Below are positions 55,305-64,000 of a stretch of 64,000 bases of DNA, piece after piece (the stretch's first letter is position 1; every line of letters starts with the position of its first letter). Location of the stretch: positions 7,026,861 to 7,090,860 of the forward strand of contig CM119268.1 of NCBI GenBank assembly GCA_051294375.1. Reading direction: 5' to 3'. Made by a program: the position numbers and the translations under genes. This stretch comes from Paraspadella gotoi (Eukaryota > Animalia > Chaetognatha). The notes under the pieces were generated by a model. The model did not search any database, was not told where the DNA came from, and worked only from the letters and a program-made list of their open reading frames with translations.

Positions 55305-58300
55305 TGCAGGTCCTCGCCTCGTCCTCATTCACACCTTCAGCTTGGTCTCCTCAACCAACTTCCTCGTCAGTCCAACTCTTCAAAAAACTCTTTCGTCTTC
55401 CCAACTTTTTCTCACACCCACCGCCAGTCAATAACTTACCCTCTTTCATCATCGTCCCTCACCCATTTTTTTCTTCTCCGGTGAACTTTGCTCGGCCGAC
55501 TCATCAAACTTCGCCTTTCCTCGATTCGGACTCACCTTCTTGAACCAGTGATTTAGACCACGGGATTTTCGTTTCTTCGGGAAGACGGTTTTTAACTCGC
55601 CCGCGATCCGAAGCGACTCTCGGGATAAAGATCAGCGCCGATCAGTGGCTCCATATTCACGGATGATTTATTGATTACGAAGAAAACTGTTATAAAAGTA
55701 TGAATGTATGAAAGAAAACGAAGGAAATTAAAAGGAAACGGAAAAAAGGAGGAACAAAAGGAAGAAAATCAAAATAAAAAAAAGGAAAATAAAAAAAAAA
55801 AGACGAAAGGAGAGGAAAGAAGATGAATGCTTTTGTTAGCAACTTTTGAACATCATCCAGCATAAAGCCAGCTTTGAAAAGTGAGCGTTTGGAAACGTTT
55901 GCCTTGGCCTTGGCTTGGGCCAAAGGCAAGGCCAAAGGCAAAGGCAAAGGCAAAGGCTTGTGAGAAAAAAACATGATGACTACCGGTGAGAAGAAGACGT
56001 ATTCGTCACGGTTAATGTTTATTGAGGAAAAAGTCCCTGGCCGAATAGTATTAGAAAAGAAGGAAGATTAAGTAAGGACTCGAGAAACGCGGAGAAGTGT
56101 CCTGAAAAAGGGACGGATCCTCGGGAGAGGGAGGGGAAGAGGAGGATGAGGAATCGAGTCCCTCCTCGTTGAAAAAGATGTCAAGCTGTGACGCTCGAAT
56201 GTCACTGGAGTGGGCATCGTGTGGGAACTAAGGGCTGGGGAGGAATAACAACCTAACTGAGAGCTCTTGGGAAGGGAGCTCCTTTGCTGGAACATTACAG
56301 AGGCACATTTGATGGGGGTGGTAATGCTATAGGTAAATCGTGATAATAAGGATACGTAATGGCTGATGACATTGAAAAAGAAAAAAATAAAAGAAATTCA
56401 ATATCATCATCTGTAAAAAAAAAATCTGACTAAATACTAAGTTAAAATGAAAACTTTGTGAAAAGCCTGATGTGAAAAATATTTACAGAAATTTAAAGGA
56501 ATTGTTTTGGAAGGTAAATGGAATCAACAGTGAGGCAAAATATGATGGGAATATAAAAAAAAGTATAGAAAATGAAATAACATCCATTATTTCAATCAGC
56601 TCTAGGAAAATAAATGTTAAAGGTCAGTAGTAAACAAAAACTCATCCATAAAGGGCTGATGTAAAAAAATTTAACTAAGAATATTGAAAGAATCACTGTA
56701 GAAAAAATGGCATCATCCAGTAGTCCGGCAAAAATTAACAATGATAAAAATTTTAATATAATGTGGATGTTGATGGAAAAAAAAAAAAAATACAAGAAAC
56801 GTCCATTAATTATCAGCAATTTAGAAAAAACAGTAATGATCATACCTTATAAAGCTGTTTGTGAAAATTCAAGCAAATATAATCATGCAGCGTAAAAAGG
56901 CAAAACGGATGAATAATAAAATTAAAGAAAAATAAGCTACTATATATTTTTTTATGCTTTTTCTTTTTTTTTGTCTAGGGTTGTGGGGCAGAGAAAGGTT
57001 TGATAAACTGAATAAGGCATTCCGGCGGCACAAAAGCTAATGGTTAGCAAGGACCTCCGCACCTTTATGGCGGCAGTTTTTGTTTAGTGACGGAAAACAA
57101 GATATAAACAAAAATAAAATAGCAGATTTAAAATAAACTACATAGATATATGTATGATTCTATTGTTGAGATTAAAGATGGTTTTCATGAATATTATCAT
57201 ATATAATAGGCGGCTTCGAGTTTTTTTTTTCTTCTTTTTGAGCGAGAGAGAATGAGTGCAACGCGAGAGACAGAGTCACGAGAGGCAACAATCGTTTGCG
57301 TGCGGATCTTTGCTCTCCGTCATTTGAGGTTTTCGTCGTCGACTGATCAAACTTCGACTTCGTTTGTGCCTAAATTTATGTATCAAAATTAAAATAAGTA
57401 CGTAATAAATATTCATTCGAACGCTTTTAACGTCAGGCTTCATTCCTATCTTTTGTTTGTATTCCTATTTCAAAACGGATATACTTGGTTTATTTAGAAC
57501 GTTCAAAATATTCAATATTGAATATTCAAAGATTTATAATTATTCATTTTTTAGTTTTTTTTGTTTTTTTTGATCGAATTAAAATATTCTTTCGAAATCT
57601 CGTTATGGGAAAATCTAAAATCTAATTATTAGGCAAAGCTTATGATAGCCAGCCATATTTCTTTATCAGCCCTTACCTTTTATAACTCGTCAGAGCGCGG
57701 ATTAATTAATATTTTCCTTTCCTTCACAAAAAAAATAATTAAAATTTAAATTAGTCATACGACATTGTTGTTGTTGTTTTTTTTTAAACTTCCCCGCATA
57801 TAGACTGTACATAGTTTAGAACTTCCTTTCAAAGGCAATGACCGAACGGGGTCTTCGAGCTCATTTTCCTCGGAAAAAAAAAACAAAAAATCTGCCATCT
57901 TTAAAAAAAAAAATTGACTCAGTTGGACTCCTTTTTCGGCCTCATTTTCCCAGAACGTCTTATTTTATCTTAAATTCGGAATTCGGTTAATTTTTTTAAA
58001 TTAAAGATTAGCTTAGAGGATAAAGTAAAGGATTAAGTTAATTATGAAGTTAATGATTAAGAAGCTTGGTTTCCGATTAGGGTTTAGAACTAGAGGTGAG
58101 GGTTAGAAATTAAGGGTTTAGGGTTCGGGTTTAATATTAGGTTAAGGAGAGGGATTAAAGCTAAAAATTGTAGTTAGAGATTGCATTTCTAAGTTTAAAA
58201 AATATATTTACGCTAAATATTAAGTTTTAAAATTAAATTCCGGAATAAACGAACAGAAATGGGGCACTTTCGGAAAAGAAAACCTCTTCTCACATCCGCC

Positions 58301-58865
58301 CCCCCCACATCCCTATAAACCCCCGCGACTTCCCCCCCCCTTCCTCCCTAATCTTCCGCCGCACCATGGAGTCCAAGTTTACGCAGAGATTCGCCGCCAG
58401 GTTTTTCTTTTCAGTCTCCGTTTCTGAAACAAAAGTGAAACTGATGAGAGTCGAACGAAAGTGACACGCCGACCAAACGAACCGGAATAACTTATTCGAC
58501 ACATTTTTTTTCCTTCCAATTCTTCACTTCACCGGGTTTTTTTTTTTCCAATTCGCTGTATATGTATGCGTTGGAAGGAATAGAGTGGACTTGGTTTTAC
58601 GAAAGTCAGGGGCAAGATAGCTTATTTAACATTTATTAAACGAATTTCATATAGAGTATTGCTCTCAGATTGAAAAAAAAAAAAAGCTTTATTACTTTTT
58701 TAGCTTTATCAAATCCTCATTTTAAAAATTAAAATTCTTTTTACTACTTTATAAAAAATGCTTTATTAAAGGTTTATTAATTATATTGCGAAAAATTCCA
58801 AACTGGTAAAAATTTTCTAAATTCTGGCCCGCCTTATAGAGGAACGAAGTCTTGCAGTTCCCGAT

Positions 58866-58908
<43 letters not shown>

Positions 58909-59529
58909 TCTTCGTCGTCCAGTGGGAGAAAATCGTAAACAAACAGTCGCGCAGCCGAGCGGAAATAAAACGAAACAAAATGGACGCGATTGTTTCGTTT
59001 GTTTTCGTAATTGAGAGAAACTGGAACCGGGGGGGGGGGAAACGTCCTTCGCTAATGAAACTGACCTTTTTCCTCATTCGATCCTGGAAAAAATAACCGA
59101 ATAACCCAAAATTAAAATCGATGGTCAAAGGGAAGATGATAAACGAATCCGACAAAAAAAAAATAATTATTATGAAAAAAGTTGAATGGCCCTTGGAAAC
59201 GGGAAAAAAATTAGTTGGCATCGCCGACAGCAATCAATAGGACGGATTCCCTCGACTGGAACAACATGGAAATGGGAACTACGAGAAGGACGGGAAAGAT
59301 GAAATTAAACCGATTACGAAGAATGATGACAATGATAAAAATGGCGGGAAGAATGAAGATGGGAATGATGACAACGGGAATTGTGACAATGATGGAACTA
59401 ATGATAAGAATGATGATATTGATGGAAACAGTGACAATGGGAAAGCCAATAATGATCATTTTAATAAATGTGATAGAAAAAAAATGATGGAATGACGACA
59501 ATGACGAAAATGATTGCGATGATGGATTT

Positions 59530-59599
59530 GATGACAATGACAGGAATCATGACGTTAGGGATGACAATGACAGGAATCATGACGTTAGGGATGACAATG
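59530..59599. repeat. Perfect 30-bp tandem duplication
   Basis: GATGACAATGACAGGAATCATGACGTTAGG, about 2.3 copies. Confidence 0.9.
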
Positions 59600-60026
59600 C
59601 TAAAACAAACACATTCAAGTAAGTAGACAGGGATTTCAACATGAAACCAAAAGTCTATTTATTTCTCAAGTATATGAACATTGAACAAGCACAAGGCGGT
59701 GTCAGAATTTGAGACAGAGTGAATCAGTACAAAAACGGCAAGCATTTATACAGTGCAAACGGATCATCGACACGGGCTGATTTTCCCGATGGCATGAAGC
59801 CCATCTTGTGATTGGTCGATTCACTTGGTGGTTTGTCCAATGTGAGAGTCTCATCCGGCTACGGCGGATTCTACCCGAGTCGCGGAACGGATTCCATTTT
59901 CGGTTCTGATTCCATCCGCGATGGTCGATTGGTCATCTCTCTTTTCTTAGTCTTACCCGCAAATCTTTCTCTCTCCCGAGCGATACCTTACCTCGCCCAA
60001 CCTGAACCCCCTAATTTACCCCTCAC

Positions 60027-60260
60027 CTCTCGTAACTCCGACGCTGGACGAGGCCGTCAAGACTTTGTGACTTCTCCCGCGCCATTCCATGGTCCGCGCG
60101 TGATCCCTCACGCTGATCCTCCGCTTGAGAATCGGGCTGAGGACTTTCACCATCGTTCCCGACGTTTGCGACAAAAGTTTGTGGAAAACTTCGAGGACGT
60201 TGGCGTTCTCCTTGGCTGAGACTTCGAATGTAGCAGAAGGGGAGTGGATGCCCGCCGCGT
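60027..60260 (-). CDS. Late coding exon of a Ras-family small GTPase (Ras-dva/RASD/DIRAS-like): G5 box and hypervariable tail
   Basis: The acceptor ctcttcAG and donor GTGAG bound an open frame reading AAGIHSPSATFEVSAKENANVLEVFHKLLSQTSGTMVKVLSPILKRRISV. EVSAK is a G5 box, and N-V-x-E-V-F...LSP-x-x-x-RR is typical of Ras-dva/Rhes-like proteins. No G1-G4 exons were recognised in the window. A minus-strand AATAAA lies at about 59657-59662. Confidence 0.7.
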
Positions 60261-62108
60261 CTGAAGAGTTGGGGGATAGGGCGGTAGAAGGGGGGAGTTC
60301 GGGGGGGGGGTTGGGTTGAGAGGAGAAATTAATGGGGGGGGGAAGGGGGTGGAGTAAAGATATAGATTTTAAGTACTTCTTTAAGTTCTTACTTATTTTA
60401 TCGGTTCAGTGAACATTATGCGACGTGAGAAATACTCATCAGGCCTAAATTTAATTACGAATAGTTTTTTTATTTTGTTCTCATTTTTGAAAGCAGATTT
60501 CGATTTGATATAAGCAAATATAAGAGGTTTTATAATGTAAAATTTAAATCCGTTTATAAGAATATTTTTTTTAGAAAAAAAATGTATTTCTTTCTATCTT
60601 TTTAATGGGTACATTCACTTGAAACTACTTTATATATAATCGAATAAAATTATTGACATTTTAAAAAGTAAGTGCAATCTAGACCGTGTTATAAAGTGAG
60701 TTAGAGTAAGAAGGGGGAGAGAGTAGCGAGTTGCAGACCGGGTCGAGAAAGGGCGAAGGGGTTTGTCGCTGCTCAAAATAGAGCCGTTATTGTGAGGCAT
60801 AAATCGCGAAGTAATCAGGGTTCACCGTTAAGAACCGAAATAGAGATAAATCAACGGATAAGCGATTCGTGAGATTAGTGAGACAAAATCGAGAAAGAAA
60901 CCGTTTCCTCTTCTTTTCCTTTATACGTATATATAAAATTAGACAATATTAACGTACTGTGCCGATACATTCGCGTGGCTACTTCAGCGTAACCTCAGAA
61001 TTTCCCCTTTTACTCCCAGCGGACTTGAGTTCGCGCCCCGTTGGAGGTAATCCTTGTGATCGGCAGGGGGATGTCTTACCGACCTGTAGCGACTGGCTAC
61101 TGTTTAGGGTCGAGATTCTGAAGCTCGCAAACAACAGCCGGAAGTTTGTACCTTGTGTAGATCCTGATTATTATTAGTATGTGAGGCACTGAAGTATCAC
61201 TTTTTCTGTGTCTGCAATTGATAAATTTATGAAATGCGCTTTTTTTTTCATTTAAATACTCCCGTTCGATTTTAAGGGTTTTTTTATTTGTATAATTCTT
61301 AATATAGTATATTGATTTGGCAAAAAAAACGATAATGATAATCTAAATTTATGATCCTGAGATAGAGCCGGAAAATCGTCTTACGTTAAGAAGAAGAATG
61401 GAAAGCGCGAAAAAGTATTACGGTAGCGAGTTGTATACTTTAATATAATTATAATTATAATTTAATTCTAATTTAAGAGGAAAACTCATCTTTTATTATA
61501 TTTATCTCATCCATTCATTATTTTTTCTAGTATTTTTACGGACTCTTCTCTGTGAGATTTTATTTCTAGAGTATTTCCTTAATTATCTTTATTCTATCAG
61601 TTTTTTTTCTCTGAAATATTTTTATTTTTTAAAAAATAAATTATCATCTTTTTATCTTTACTCTGTTTAAAGAGTTACGTATTTCACGCTTGAATTGCTT
61701 CTCGAGATCTCGGCTTCGAAACGTCGTTCAATGAGACGCTTTTTGGTCTGTCTGTCTATCTGTAAATAATACGTTAGTAAATTAACGTAAAAAGAACGTA
61801 AAAAATGAAAACAGTTTGCTCACTGATTCAGAAATCGTTTTTGGACTTCTTTTTAATAATATTATAGTTCTTGTTGCTTTATTTTCTACTTTTATATAAG
61901 TATATCTCTCGTTAATGATATTTATCTCTCTCTGTCTACTTATTTTGTAATATTTTACGCCTATTTTGTTAATATTTATTTCTCGTTTTAATTCTTTCTT
62001 TCACTCGTTCTTTCCTTGCTCTCTTTCTTTATTTTTTTTTACGTAACGTCATCCGATAGAGACTGTCGATAACTGACGCGGCTTCTCTCCTTTCCTCCCA
62101 GCGGCCGT

Positions 62109-62216
<108 letters not shown>

Positions 62217-63369
62217 GCCGCTGACGTTTTCCTTTTTCTTTCTCTTTCTCTTTTTATCGAAGTGAAAATTGAAGAAGAACAACGGAGGCTGACGGACGAG
62301 AGATCGATGGGTAGGGGGGCTTGGGATGTTGAAGGAGGGAGCTTAGGATCTTGAAGGAGGGGTCTTGGGGGTGCTAAAGGACTGGGGCCTAGGAGAAGGA
62401 GAAGCTTCAAAGATAAAAGGTACTGATGATCATGTAGATAGCACGGGTAGGAGAGCTTACTGCGAAAGGGATAATTTCAGAAAGAAGACAAATAACTCCC
62501 GAGCAGGGGTGTGGATGAGAAAGAAAATGGAGATAACTCAGACGCAGTGGGGTGAACCATGAAAAACGAAAAGGAGATATTCTAAGACTGATGTCTATCA
62601 ATAAATGAGTGGGCGTAAACAATTCGATATATCGTTAAACTTGCAACCAGGATCAAGAAACGAACATGACTGTTAAAATCAAATAGATTTAAGTAAACCG
62701 GATACTGATTGACATTGTGACCCTGCCTATCGTTGCCGTAAAAAAAAACAAAAAAAAACACACATCAAATAGCCAAAGTCAAATCTTTACAGCCGAATAA
62801 TTAAATAACAATTAGACCGGGGACGATTTTAAATAAAAATGATATTCGCTAATGAGATTATTTTTTTTTTACTTTTATCGACGCTTCAGTTAACGAGATG
62901 GCGCCGTCATTGACGAGTCGACCTCATTAAATGAAATATGAAAGTTGCTCTATAAATTGTCCAATTAAAAGAATAACTGCCCTGGGAGCGAAATGGGAAT
63001 GAAGCTTACGAAGCCCCACTACCGACCGCACACTCCGCTCAGTTCAAAGCGCACACTCGCGCTACGAAATTGTAATCCACGCCACGGCCACGTGCCACGA
63101 ATTTTTAAAAACCACGCCAATTCCTATTTGCGCCACTAGTTTCGATCTCTTTCCGACCTCCAGATGGAACCCGACGTCCGCCGGGGCAACGCCCCCCCTC
63201 GACCCAAGATGGACGCACGTCCGTCGGGGCTTTTCGACCCGCGACGACATTAAATCCTTGGGACGAAAGAAAATCCTCTCACGGTCGCCGTCCGGTTGTT
63301 AACGCCTCGTCGAAGACCGCACGAGGCTACATCCGGGGGCCCGGCTATGCAAATAAGGGAAGAGAGATA

Positions 63370-63408
<39 letters not shown>

Positions 63409-64000
63409 CAGGAACGGACTTTCTAAGGCGTTGCGCCCAATGAAACCGAACTGGTCCAGAAGTTACTTTTTGCTCAGTCGGTATCTCTATTATCCATCGG
63501 AAATACGGTCAGATATTCAGAAAAATAAATAATGGATTACATTTACAATTAATGTAAAGCTTAATCAATTTAGTTAATACTTGGCAAATACATGAATCAA
63601 ATATAAAACGCTTGCTATATGTACGTTTCACAACTGTATAGTCGTTTGACTATAGTAAAATGCAGTTACACTAGGCGCAATAACAGATGATGAATCAATT
63701 TCAAGTTTAAAATGAAATCATGATATCATCGCTGGAGACTCAGCCTCACCTAAAGTGAAATCGGTTCGGAGGATCGGGCGATATAAAGCAACAGAAATTG
63801 GACGCTTTGGGAATAGAGAGGCGCAATATATTATTTTATAAAAAAAGAAGCATTGAATAATGAATCACTTGTCTAAAAAATATATATTATATGGATTCAG
63901 TTGGATATTTAAATTATATAAATTGAAAATATAAAAGACTCTTGAGATAAATACGTGGAGACCGACCAAAAAGTTACGTGAACCAAGTGATTCCTGGACT

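Noticed and set aside
58077-58150. Interstitial telomere
   Set aside because: Only a few degenerate TTAGGG-like units are present, as is common inside animal DNA-transposon relics.
58441-58470. CTGATGA...GAAA hammerhead-like motif
   Set aside because: It has no credible stem II and no UH cleavage site.
59812-60219. Plus-strand 135-aa ORF
   Set aside because: It is antisense to the better-supported GTPase exon and has no recognisable motif.
63062-63250. Possible first exon (P-loop) of the Ras-like gene, LGSRGG...VGKRSKLVAQ
   Set aside because: It does not yield GxxxxGK[ST], even after removing a hypothetical 33-nt intron, and no G2/G3 motif follows.

Overview
Eukaryotic, probably invertebrate animal, genomic DNA. 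It is AT-rich, full of (AG)n/(TCG)n microsatellites, and has 13 N-gaps. Several indel-rich stretches look like unpolished long-read gap fill, so most ORF-track entries are low-complexity artefacts. Supported genes: (1) a 10-exon plus-strand gene at 47743-51261 encoding a 453-aa TEX47/C7orf62-like (BLUF-like fold) protein, with a probable GC-AG intron; (2) an intronless minus-strand XK-related multi-pass membrane protein at 37582-39871, whose N-terminus is split by two apparent 1-nt deletions; (3) a late exon of a Ras-dva/RASD-like small GTPase at 60027-60260 (minus). Mobile and repeat content: a minimal type I hammerhead ribozyme inside a perfect 66-bp inverted repeat (Penelope-like architecture, 45641-45802), a decayed LINE RT fragment (about 32030-32612), a Tc1/mariner transposase remnant (about 4150-4407), a Kolobok-like non-autonomous element (24464-25779), and a satellite of about 189 bp with an internal hairpin in each unit (6465-9318) next to a MITE-like element sharing its sequence. 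Family assignments come from motif recognition by eye, not from database searches.
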